Positions 12,721-23,645 of a stretch of DNA of 64,000 nucleotides are shown here, one piece after another. The translations under genes and the position numbers were made by a program. Every line of letters begins with the position of its first letter. Position 1 is the first letter of the stretch. The notes below the pieces were generated by a model, which worked only from the letters and a program-made list of their open reading frames with translations, did no database searches and had not been told where the DNA came from. The DNA is from Mobula hypostoma. Lineage: Eukaryota. The stretch spans positions 240,624,001-240,688,000 of the forward strand of contig NC_086097.1 in NCBI RefSeq assembly GCF_963921235.1, written 5' to 3'.

Positions 12721-14129
12721 GAGGGAGGTCACTATGAGACCTGCGACAACTCTGGAGGAGTTACCAGCTTCAGTGGCTGAGATGGGAGAGACTGTTACCC
12801 AGGTGCTTCACCAGTTGCAGCTTTATGGGAGAATGGCAAAGAGAAAGCCACTGTTGAAAAAAACTCACATATATGACATCTCAGCTGAAAGAAGGTTCAA
12901 TGGTCTGATGAAACCAAAATTGAGCTTTTTGGCCAATAGACTAAATGCTATATTTGGCATAAACCAAACACTGCACATCATCAAAAACATTGTGAAACAT
13001 GGTGGTGGCTGTATCATGCTGTGGGGATGCTTCCCTAAAGCAGGCCCTGGAAGGCTTATGACGGGAGAGGGTAAAATGAATGCAGCAAAATACAGGGAAA
13101 TCCAGGAAGAAGACCTGATGCAGTCTGCAACAGAACTGCGACTTGGGAGAAGATTTCCTTTCCAAACCACAATGACCCCAAGCATAAAGCCAAAGCTACA
13201 CAGGAATGGCTTAAAGCAACCAAGTTAATGTCCTGGAGTGGCCAAGTCAGAGTGCAGACCTCAATCCAATTGCAAATATGTAGCTGGACTTGAAAAGGGC
13301 TGTTCACTCATGATCCCTGTGCAATCTGACAGAGCTCGAGCAGTTTTGTCAAGATGAATGGGGAAAAATTGCAGTGTCCAGGTATGCAAAGCCAATACGA
13401 ACATAAGAACATAAGAAATTGGAGCAGGAGTTGGCTATCTGACTTGTCCAGCCTGCTCTGCTATTCAATAAGATCATGGCTGATCTGGCCATGGACTCAT
13501 CTCTGCCAACCTACCTTTTCCCCATAACCCTTAATTCTACTATGCTAAGATTTATACAAGTTTGTCTTAAATAGAGACCTATCCACACAGACTCGAGGCT
13601 GTAATTGCTGCCAAAGGTTCATCTACTAAATACTGACTTGAAGGAGGTGAATAATTATGAAATCGATTATTTTGTGTTTAAGAATTGTAATAAATTTAGA
13701 CCAACTTGTAGAAATTTGTTTTCACTTGACACAAAAGAGTCTTTCCTTTTGATCAGTGTCAAAAACAGCCAGTTTAAATCCATTGTGATTCAATGTTGCA
13801 AAACAATAAAACATAAAAACTTCTAAGGTGGGTGAATACTTTTAATAGTCACTGTATGTCCTTGAAGGAGGGTAAGCAAGCTTTGACTACTCATTGTAGA
13901 TCCTTCCTGACTGCCACAGTGCAATTTCTGTACTTGGTGATGCACCTTGGTAGGATGCTCTTTCCTGCACATCTGTAGAATGATGTGAGTATAGATGTGC
14001 ATAGTCCAGCTCTCTTCAGTCTCCTCAGAAATTAGAGGTGTGGAGAGTTTTGGATCTCACTATTTAATTCTTAGATTTGTCAGTTAAATTGTTATTTTCT
14101 TGGCAGTTTAGCAATTAATTATCTGCTTG

Positions 14130-14925
14130 TATTTCAAGTAATTTCAAAGGTACATTTAATGTCAGAGAAATGTATACAATACACATCCTGAAATTCTTTT
14201 TCTTCGCAACCATCCACGAAAACAGAGGAGCGCCCCAAAGAAGGAATGACAGTTAAACGTTAGAACCCCGAAGCTCCCCCAACTCCCTCCACCCATGTAT
14301 GAACATCAGCAAAGCAACAATCCCACTCCCACCAGTAAAAAAAGCAACGGCGCCCCCCCCCCACCAAGCACTCAAGCGTGCAGCAAAGCATCAATAAAAA
14401 CACAGACTTGCAGTACCCCAAAGACTACTCGTTCACCTGGTAATTTGACATACCACAGGCTCTCTCTCTCTCTCCCTAATAAGGGAAAAAGAGGTGTCCC
14501 TATTTCACAGCAAGAGGGGAGATATAACAAACAACTCATTGATTTACGATGTTAGAAGTAATTGTAGTTAGTAGTTGTGTCTCTTTTTCCGAGCTCTGTG
14601 CCCAAAGATCTCGAGTTTCTGGGCACACAGCCAGCAGTCAGCTCATTGCTTTCAATCTTCCGCGTACTTCCACAGCACATCAGTTTCCTGTGGAGGCACC
14701 GACCTCAAGTTCCGTTCCTCCAGGGCCATGAAATGCCGGAAACCCGAAGGCACGTTAGCCTTCTAGGCCACGTCCTTGGCATATCGAATAGCAGCCAGTC
14801 ATCAGACCCCAAGAGCGGGTTCCATTCCTGTGAAGAACTAAAGTCAGCATGTAACTCCAGGTCAGGGTCTTCAAAAGAACCCTGAAAGGGAAAAACAGAG
14901 ATATTAAAGATAGAAATTGAGCTGT
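14130..14925 (-). mobile_element. Non-autonomous repeat, related to 10440-10830
   Basis: Shared ACATCCACGAAA.CAG.GGAG..CCCCAAA, CCACAGGCTCTCTCT and other blocks between the two loci; strand is a guess. Confidence 0.6.
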
Positions 14926-15157
14926 CATTGTCCTCTTAAGCTCCTCCTCAGTTCTTATATGGGTATCACAGTTTAATATGCTTATAATGGCTATACAAAG
15001 TATAATTCTGGAAAGCTCTCGAAGCTGCTTCTACATTACTTAAATAAGTACTTTTCATTATTTAACTTGGTACTGCCGCGTTCAAATAATAGTTTTCTAA
15101 CTGATTAATTCTTATTTATAAATTTGAATGGAATTTGTGGAGTCTGTGATATATCAC

Positions 15158-15889
15158 TGTGATAGGTGGTTTTGAGAAAGTAGAGAGGCTACTGAAGGAC
15201 TTTGACAGATTAGGAGAATGGGCAAAGAAATGGCAGATGGAGTACAGTGTCGGGAAGTGTATGGCCTTGTACTTTGGTAGAAGAAATGAAAGGATAGACT
15301 ATTTTCTAAATGGATATAAAATACAAGAAGCTGAGATGTAAAGGGACTTGGGAGTCCTTGTGCAGGATTCCCTAAAGGTTAATTTTCTGCTTGAATCTGT
15401 ACTGAGGAAGCATTCATTTCAAGAGGACTAGAATGTAAAAGCAGGAATGTAATGTTAAGACTTTATAAAGCACTGGTGAGGCCTCACTTGGAGTATTGTG
15501 AGCAGTTATCTAAGAAAGGATATGCTGAAACTGGAGAGTTTTCAAAGGAGGTTCGCAAAACCGATTCCAAGTTTGAACGGTTTGTCATATGAAGAGTGTC
15601 TGATGCCGCTATGCCGTAATTCACTGGAATTCAGAAGAATGAGGGCTGATCTATTTGAAACCTGCCGTATAGTGAAAGGCCTTGATAGAGCTGATGTGGA
15701 GAGTATGTTTCCTACAGTAGGAGCGTCTAAGACCAGAGGGCAGTGCCTCAGGATAGAGGGGAGTCCTCTTAGAATGGAGATGAGGAAGGATTATTTTAGC
15801 CAGAGAATGGTGAATCTGTGGAATTCTTTGCCAAGGGTAGTTGTGGTGGAGCAGACTCGATGGCTCAGATGGCCTGTCTTATGGTCATA
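15158..15889 (+). mobile_element. CR1 (subfamily B) 3' fragment; tail split by the Helitron
   Basis: LGEWAKKWQMEYSVGKC, FFSQR-like YFSQRMVNLWNSLP; tail CTTATGGTCATA resumes as TGGTTTTATA at 18303. Confidence 0.85.
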
Positions 15890-16090
15890 TCTATATACTA
15901 CTAAAATTCTCCTGCTCTGTTTGTCTGTTTGTGACCTCCAATTTGTCCAAACAGTACACTACAGCAGCACTTCTTTTTGACTAAATCGACTTAAAATGTG
16001 CTAACTTACAGAATGCATGCAAAGTTCAGGGTTATATATTCGTATAAAATTGCTCACTCGTCAATCACCAGGCCCTGCTTTCCACAACCC

Positions 16091-16266
16091 GAGCCGATTC
16101 CAGCTTTAATGGAAACCGTGACACAACACCAAGAAGCATGCACGCAGCCGGCCTCAGCAGCATCTCACGATGCTCACGGAGCCGATTCCACCTTCCATGG
16201 AAACCGCAACGCAACACCACAACGCATGCACACGGCCAGCCTCAGCAGCCCCTCATGATGCTCACA
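16091..16266 (+). repeat. Two-copy 88-bp tandem duplication in the Helitron 5' region
   Basis: GAGCCGATTCCA..ATGGAAACCG..GCATGCAC..GCCTCAGCAGC..GATGCTCAC starts at 16091 and at 16179. Confidence 0.85.
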
Positions 16267-16394
16267 GCAGCAAAAGGGCAGGGCTGTCACGTCCATTTAG
16301 GAGAGCTCCAACCACATCATCAAGAAAAATCAGCATCCCGGAGGCTTTGGTGTTACTGCTTCGTATCTTCTATCAAGCATTAGGGTAAAAAAAT

Positions 16395-18158
16395 ATGGAC
16401 AGCATAATTATGCCATGTGGAAAGAGAAGGGGGACATTATGGTCAAGAGATAACGCCAAACGTCATCGGGAAGTGGCAACGAGAGGGAGAGAACAAGAAT
16501 CGGATGAGGCCAGGGCCGCACGACTCCAGGATCAAAGAGTCAGGACAAAAAAGATGAGAGAAGAAGGGACAGAGGAGGAGAGGCGTGCATGTGTCCAAAA
16601 TGACAACAATAGGCACAGAAGAAGGAGAGGGCAAGAATCGGATCAGGCCAGGGTCGCACAACTCCAGGATCAGAGAGAAAGAACAAATGGTAGAAGAGAT
16701 GAAGAGATGAAGGATGAAAGGGCTGCGCATCTCCAGAATGACAAAAACAGGCAGAAAAGGAGGGGAGAGGAAGAGACAGAGGAGAAAAGAAAAGATCAAC
16801 TCGAGAATATGTGGCAAAGAGTACCCTATTGAATAATGAGCAAAGAGAAGTATATGAATATGTTTGCAACTGCTTGGAAAGGAATCTGTCGTCAATGATT
16901 TTCATTAATGCACCAGGAGGAACAGGCAAGACATTTATCATCAACTTGATCCTCGCGAAAGTTAGGGGAAATGGAGGTGTTGCTATTGCTGTAGCATCAT
17001 CAGATATTGCAGCAACATTGATGCCTGGTGGTAGGACAGCGCATTCAAGATTCAAAATACCCCTCAAAGTCAATGAAGATGCCCTTTGTAACAACAATAC
17101 TGCAAATTTACTCCAAAATGCGAGGCTTATTTTCTGGGATAAGTGTCCCATGATTAAGAGAGAGAGCTTCGAAGCCGTGGACTGGACTCTTCGTGATGTA
17201 TGCGGCAAGAATGAGGCCTTTGGCAGTATTTTAACCATTTTCTGTGGCGATTTCCGTCAGCTTCTAGCAGTTGTGAAACGAGGAAATGATGCTGATGTGG
17301 AGAATCCATACATTAAAAAATCCTACTTATGGAGAAGCTTCATCAAGTTTCAATTGAAGAGAAACATGCGATTGAGTGAGGGAGAAGGACGATATTCTGA
17401 GTTCTAACTGGATGTTGGAGAAGACAAGATTGAGAAAAATGGAAACGATGAAATCGAATTACCTGAAGATATGATTCTGCCAGCAAAAACTATGGAAGAA
17501 TGCATTGATTTCATCTACCCGATATTCTACAATCCTGCAGAACTGTTCTCGAGGAATTCTATCTTGGTTCCTCTCAAAGAAATGATGCAAAAAATAAACT
17601 TCATATGCATTAGATGCTTCCCTGGAATCATGAAAGAATTCTGTTCCTTCCATACCGTAAGTGAAGGAGCCAACGCCACTCATTTTCCAACAGAATTCCT
17701 TGATTCCATCGAAGTCTCTGGATTGCCACCACATAAACTGGAATTGAAGTGGGAATCTCCCATCATTTCAATTGGAACTTGGATCCACCAAGGCTTTGCA
17801 ATGGTACGCGAATGATGGTGGAAGAACTGCACGACAATCTCATCGTAGCAAAGATAAACATTGGTGTGTTCAAAAATGACATTGTCATGATCCCAAGAAT
17901 TACTCTCTATTTATCAGAAGGGGAAGATGTCCCTCTTCAGCGGAGCCAGTTCCCGATACAGTCATGCTTTGCTATGACTATGCATATGGCGCAAGGCCAA
18001 ACCATGGAGAATGTGTTGATTTATTTGGAGAAACCATATTCCAACATGGTCAGCTGTATGTGGCTTTAAGCCAGGGAGAAAGAAATGAAACCGTTAGAGT
18101 ATTCTTAAAGGGTGGCAGATCAACCAGAAATGTTGTCATCAAAAATGTCCTTCGTTAA
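16395..18158 (+). pseudogene. Helitron ORF: 23-aa charged repeats (STPR-like) followed by a PIF1-family helicase, disrupted
   Basis: APGGTGKT, GGRTAHSRFKIP, GDFRQLL, LKRNMRL, SGLPPHKLELK, LCNGTR, QFPIQSCFAMT..AQGQT, HGQLYVALS; stop at 17405-17407, several frameshifts, Walker B DE changed to DK. Confidence 0.9.
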
Positions 18159-18969
18159 ATGAGGAGGAGCTATATTTGTCTTGCTACGTGGCTTTCTTCT
18201 TTAATAAACTGAGTTTTTCTTCTTTAATTCCCAAAGCACATCACATCAGACTGCACTGCCTTTCTCTCAAAGGGTGCCCCAAAGGGTTACCCGGTTGTCT
18301 AGTGGTTTTATAAAAATAGCTGTTCTATGGTAGGTGCCATCTTTGTTCCTTTGTCTTTCTCTTTGGTCTGGGGACCTCTATCACTGTCTGTTCAACTTCC
18401 TTTCGTTCTATCAACTTTTCATAAAACAATCATGAAGCAGTGAGTTCTGTGCCTCTTTCCTGACTTCTAAAATAACTTTGGATTAAACACCAGAATCCAA
18501 CATGGGTAAGTGTAAAGTCAGTGCACGGGGGCGAGCAAGATTGCTGAGGGGCTATGGAAAGGAGTTGCTGATGTGGATATGGTGGTGATGGGGGTTGTGG
18601 GGTGGATTAATGGCCGGAGGTATTGATCAGCCTGATGGTTTGGGGTATGTGGTGGATACTGCATAGCCTCTTCCTTAATGGGAGAAGGCCAAACAGTCCA
18701 TGAGCAGGGAGGCTGGGATCCTTTAGGCAGTGCTTTAAAAAAAATCAGAGTTTAACAGAGAGGTAGAAAAGAGCAGAAATGATAAACAGTGGGGTGACCC
18801 GGTTGTGTAGGGGTTAGTGTAACACTATCACAGCGCCAGCAACCCTGGTTCAACTCTACCACTGTCTGAAAGGAGTTGGCAAGTTCTCACCAGGACCACA
18901 TGGGTTCCTTCTGGGCACTCCGGTTTCATCTTGCATTCCAAAGATGTATAGGTTAGTAAGTAATTGGTA

Positions 18970-19546
18970 AGAACTTTTGCTACTTAGGAAGCTGGGTGAC
19001 ATCAGATGGCAGGTGCGACATGGACATCAAAAGAAGAATAGGGATGGCAAAAGATACCTTTACAAGAATGAAGAGTACATTGACCAATACTAAGCTAGGC
19101 ATGACAACCTGCCTCAGAGCACTGAAATTATGTTTATCCAGTTATGTTATATGGCTCAGAATTTTGAACAATATCTAGTAACATGAGGAAACGAATTGAA
19201 GCAGCAGAGATGTGGTTTTTGAGGAGGATGCAAAAAATATCATGGACGAAACGAATATCTAACGAGGATGTCATGAACAGAGCAAGCATAAAAAGAGAAA
19301 TAATGTATGAGATCATGAAAAGGCAATGTAACTTCATTGGACATGTGATTAGGAAAGAGGAGTTAGAATGCACGGTAATTATGGGAAAGATTGAAGGGAA
19401 GAAAGCAAGAGGAAGACAAAGACAAATGATGATGAAGACAGCAGCCAGAGAACTGGAAATGAATACCAATGAATTGATCCACTTGACCCGAAACAGGAGT
19501 GTGTGGGCCATGGCAGTCAAATCTCAAACTGGGCACGGCACCTGAT
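18970..19546 (+). mobile_element. RTE-clade LINE, 3' fragment
   Basis: YLGSWVTSDGRCDMDIKRRIGMAK; IEAAEMWFLRRMQKISWTKRISNEDV; GHVIRK..MGKIEGKKARGRQR. Confidence 0.88.
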
Positions 19547-20726
19547 GGTCACATTTATTGAACTTCAAACTCAAAACACAGAAATGTGTTCAAAATCCTC
19601 ACATAACAACATTATCATCTCTTAAAGCGAAACCCCAACTCAATGTCAGTGATTGTGAATTATGTACATTTCTCCCAATTACCTTTCACAGCCACCCCCC
19701 ACGCCCCCAGAATTCCCTAAAACCAGCTTTGTGAGCCTGTCTGGAACTCAGATGAGCTGCCTGGCTCAGTCCTGTGTTCTACAGGTGTAGGAACAGCAGG
19801 TGCCTCGGGCTCGTCCAGCGGTGTGTTGACACGCCAGGGCATAGCAGCGGATTTCTCCAAATCTTGGCGGGCCAGTTTAAAGCGATCTACCAAACTAAGT
19901 TCAGGTTTACCCTTCTTATCTGTAATCAAAGTCTTTTCTCCCCATTCCAAAATGCAGAATAAGCCATCATCAGTTGGCCTAAGCAGATGCTGGTGTGCAT
20001 CATGGCGGATGAAAACAAACGAGACAGAGCGTAGGTCAACAGGAACGCAGGAGTGCCCTACGCCATGGTGGGAGGTAGGAATCGGTGAAAGGGATTTGAA
20101 TTCACTGAGGAGGGTGGAACACCGTTGGGAGGCCGGCCAAGCTGTCGTGGGGTCAGGACTGAAACCACCCGGCGCTCATAACGGCTGCCCATATACCAAC
20201 TCAGCTGCAGGTGACTGCTGGTCCTCTTTTGGAGCAGTTCAGAGCCCCGGGAGGACCCATGGGAGAGTATCATGCCAATGTTCATCGGTCGGGAAGCTCT
20301 CAGAACAGCCTTCGAGGCGCGGTGAAGCTGCTCACATAGACCATTGGGACTGCGGGTGATGTAGCCTAAAGCCAAGGCTCTAGACCACCGCAGTTCAGAG
20401 GTCTGAAATGAATTGGGGACCGCAGAGGAAATACCAGATGGGACGCCATACTCAGCAATTCAGGTGCTGATGACCACCCGAGCCATGTCTACAGCTGGTT
20501 ATCGATGCTAGAGGGACAACCTCTGGCCACCTGTACTGTCCACTATGGTACGAAGGTGCTTGAAACCATGGGAGGGGGAAGAGGACCAATAAAGTCCACA
20601 TTGATGTGGTCAAACCATCGCTTGGGGACCGCAGTAGGTGCTAGCGATGCCTGAACATTTCAGTTCATTTTTGCCCACTGGCGCTCCACGCAAGCTGCAG
20701 TCCAATCACACACGTCTTTTCCGAAT

Positions 20727-21861
20727 CATAGAACCATAGAACCATAGAAACTACAGCACAGAAACAGGCCCTTTGGCCCTTCTTGGCTGTGCCGAACCAT
20801 TTTCTGCCTAGTCCCACTGACCTGCACACGGACCATATCCCTCCATACACCTCCCGTCCATGTATCTGTCCAATTTATTCTTAAATGTTAAAAAAGAACC
20901 CGCATTTACCACCTCGTCTGGCAGCTCATTCCATACTCCCACCACTCTCTGTGTGAAGAAGCCCCCCCTAATGTTCCCTTTAAACTTTTCCCCCCCTCAC
21001 CCTTAACCCATGTCCTCTGGTTTTTTTCTCCCCTTGCCTCAGTGGAAAAAGCCTGCTTGCATTCATTCTATCTATACCCATCATAATTTTATATACCTCT
21101 ATCAAATCTCCCCTCATTCTTCTACGCTCCAGGGAATAAAGTCCTAAGCTATTCATCCTTTCTCTGTAACTGAGTTTCTCAAGTCCCAACAACATCCTTG
21201 TAAACCTTCTCTGCACTCTTTCAACCTTATTTATATCCTTCCTGTAATTTGGTGACTAAAACTGAACACAATACTCTAGATTCGGCCTCACCAATGCCTT
21301 ATACAACCTCATCATAACATTCCAGCTCTTATACTCAATACTACGATTAATAAAGGCCAATGTACCATAAGCTCTCTTTACGACCCTATCTACCTGTGAC
21401 GACACTTTTAGGGAATTTTGTATCTGTATTCCCAGATCCCTCTGTTCCACTGCACTCCTCAGTGCCTTACCATTAACCCTATATGTTCTACGTTGGTTTG
21501 TCCTTCCAACGTGCAATACCTCACACTTGTCAGTATTAAACTCCATCTGCCATTTATCAGCCCATTTTTCCAGCTAGTCCAAGTCCCTCGGCAGGCTCTG
21601 AAAACCTTCCTCACTGTCCACTACACCTCCAATCTTTGTATCATCAGAAAACTTGCTGATCCAATTTACCACATTATCATCTAGATCATTGATATAGATG
21701 ACAAATAATGAACCCAGCACTGATCCCTGTGGCACACCACTAGTCACAGGCCTCCACTCAGAGAAGCAATTCTCTACCACCACTCTCTGGCTTCTTCCAT
21801 CGAGCCAATGTCTAATCCAATTTACCACCTCTCCATGTATACCTAGCCACTGAATTTTCCT
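20727..21861 (-). mobile_element. 5'-truncated CR1 inserted in the Gypsy integrase
   Basis: VTSGVPQGSVLG, KFSDDTK, LYKALVRPNLEYCVQF; (TTCTATGG)n tail; GAATC on both sides. Confidence 0.92.
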
Positions 21862-22622
21862 GAATCTGACTGAATCTGTGCCAAACAAACTTTAATGCAA
21901 CCAGTTTCTGTGAGGTCTTTCGGCCGGGATGCAAGAGACGATGTATGGAGCTAAAAAGTCCTTCTCCAGTTTGTGGGCAGAATGGGGTGAGGGCAACCTA
22001 TTGAGACATCACAAAGGAGAGAAACCCTAGCTTCCCCAAACTTAATGTCAGCCAACCACAGACCTGTGACTGCTATTCGGTAAGCCCGGTCCTCTGGGCC
22101 AGTAATTTGGCCAGCTGCCATGCTGGCACAGTCAACCCCTAAGCGTACGGCCTCAATGGCTGGCCGTGAGAGGCAATCAGCCATGACAGTATTTTTCCTC
22201 TTGGTATGTTATATATCCATTGTGAACTCAGATATGTAGGCCAGGTGGTGTTGCTGCCATGCAAACCAAGGATCTGATATTTTGGCCATTGAGTGCACGA
22301 GGGGTTTGTGGTCAACGAATACAGTTAAATAGCAACCCCTAGAAGAAAATGAAAATGGCGGACAGGTAGATAGAGTCCTAGAAGCTCACGGTACTTCCTT
22401 TTTGGGGGACAGAACTGCCGGCTCAAGAAAGGGAGAGACTGCCACATGCCTCCGATCAACTGTTCGTGCACAGCACCCACAGCATGGTCTGAAGCATCAG
22501 TAGTAATGGCTATGGGTGCATTGCGGAACGAGTGCACCAGTAGGTCACGTTAGAAAGAGCTCACTTGGTAGCATGAAATACCTAGGTCATGTCCTCTGAC
22601 TAGACAAGCACTCGATATGGGG

Positions 22623-22716
22623 AACACACATCAAAGTTGCTGGTGAACGCAGCAGGCCAAGCAGCATCTGTAGGAAGAGGTGCAGTCGACGTTTCAGGCC
22701 GAGACCCTTCGTCAGG
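22623..22716 (-). mobile_element. 94-bp Penelope-like insertion with 13-bp TSD
   Basis: ACTCGATATGGGG at 22610-22622 and 22717-22729. Confidence 0.88.
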
Positions 22717-22719
22717 ACT
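22684..22719 (-). ncRNA. Minimal type I hammerhead ribozyme motif, intact core
   Basis: AGUC-CUGACGA-AGG(GUCUCGG)CCU-GAAAC-GUC-GACU. Confidence 0.78.
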
Positions 22720-22984
22720 CGATATGGGGTATGGCCTTTAAGAGCACTCACAGGGGGAGCATAAGCTCAGCTGCTCATGGAATGAAGTAATGACGGAAAT
22801 TTACCCTACCGAAAACCCCCTGTGGTTTTTTTGTAGTGTGTGGCAGTGGGAAATAGATAATAGCGGCTACTTTCCATAGGAGAAGCGGAGGGAAGAGGGG
22901 ACCCAGGGGGAAGTGATATGCAGGTGAGAAGAAGTAAGAGGCCAGTGGGATAGAAGAAGAGTGAAGTGGGAAGGAAAAACTTTT

Positions 22985-23645
22985 ATATGTCACAATACGG
23001 TATAATCCTGAGATTCATTTTTTTGCAGGCACACACAGTAAATCCAAGAAACACAATAGAATCAATGAAAGAATACATCCCACCAATATGCAAAAGACAG
23101 CAAGCTGTTTGAATACAAAAGAGAGAGAAAAAAAATAATAAATAATAAGCAGTAAATATTGAGAACATGAGATGAAGAGTCCTTGAAATTGAATCCATAG
23201 GTTGTGGGAACAGTTCAGTGATGGGGTGAGTGAAGTTATCCCTTCTGGTTCAAAAGCCTGATAGTCGAGGGATTGTAACTGTTCCTGAAGCTGGTGGTAC
23301 AGGTCCTGAGGCTGCTGTACCTTCTTCCTCATGGCAGCAGAGAAAAGAGAGCATGACCTTGAAGTTGAATTCTGCTTACCTGTGACAGCATTTTGTGCAC
23401 ATGTGCCCAATGATGGGGAGGGGATTACCCATGATGCACTGGGCTGTGCTCACTATGTTTTGTAGGATCTTCCGTTTATGGTCATTGATATTTCCGTGCC
23501 AGGCTGTGATGCAACCAGTCAATATACTTTCCACCACACATCTATAGAAGTTTGTCAAAGTTTTAGATGTCTTGCCAAACCTTTGCAAACTTCTTAAGGA
23601 ATTAGAGGTGCTGCCGTGCTTCCCTTGTAATTGCATTTGCATGCT
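22985..23645 (-). mobile_element. Rex1-type LINE 3' fragment
   Basis: LRSLQRFGKTSKTLTNFYRCVVESILTGCITAWHGN. Confidence 0.82.

Larger units (their letters stand above)
10835..13854 (+). mobile_element. Tc1-family DNA transposon, full extent, decayed, with three nested CR1 insertions
   Basis: TA|CAGTGTGTATAAAAAGTATTCACCC ... GGGTGAATACTTTTAATAGTCACTG|TA; transposase remnants GRMAKRKPLLKKTH, VKHGGGCIMLWGCF, W-P-S-Q-S-A-D-L-N-P-I at ~13235-13270. Confidence 0.92.
15890..18302 (+). mobile_element. Helitron, both termini present, no visible Rep domain (2413 bp)
   Basis: 5' A|TCTATATACTACTAAAA; 3' hairpin GGGTGCCCCAAAGGGTTACCC (18272-18292) then CTAG|T; no TSD; PIF1 helicase inside. Confidence 0.92.
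19546..22870 (-). mobile_element. Gypsy/Ty3 LTR retrotransposon remnant (RT end, RNase H, integrase, PPT, 3' LTR), split by CR1 and Penelope insertions
   Basis: TTDASDHAVGAV..RELLGLY (RNase H), ADCLSRP, integrase FDHINVDFIGPLP, VDRFK; G-rich PPT near 19692-19710, then TG...AATAAA...CA LTR at ~19546-19691. Confidence 0.88.

Noticed and set aside
16811..18158. Host PIF1 helicase gene
   Set aside because: Intronless, disrupted by stops and frameshifts, and enclosed by Helitron termini
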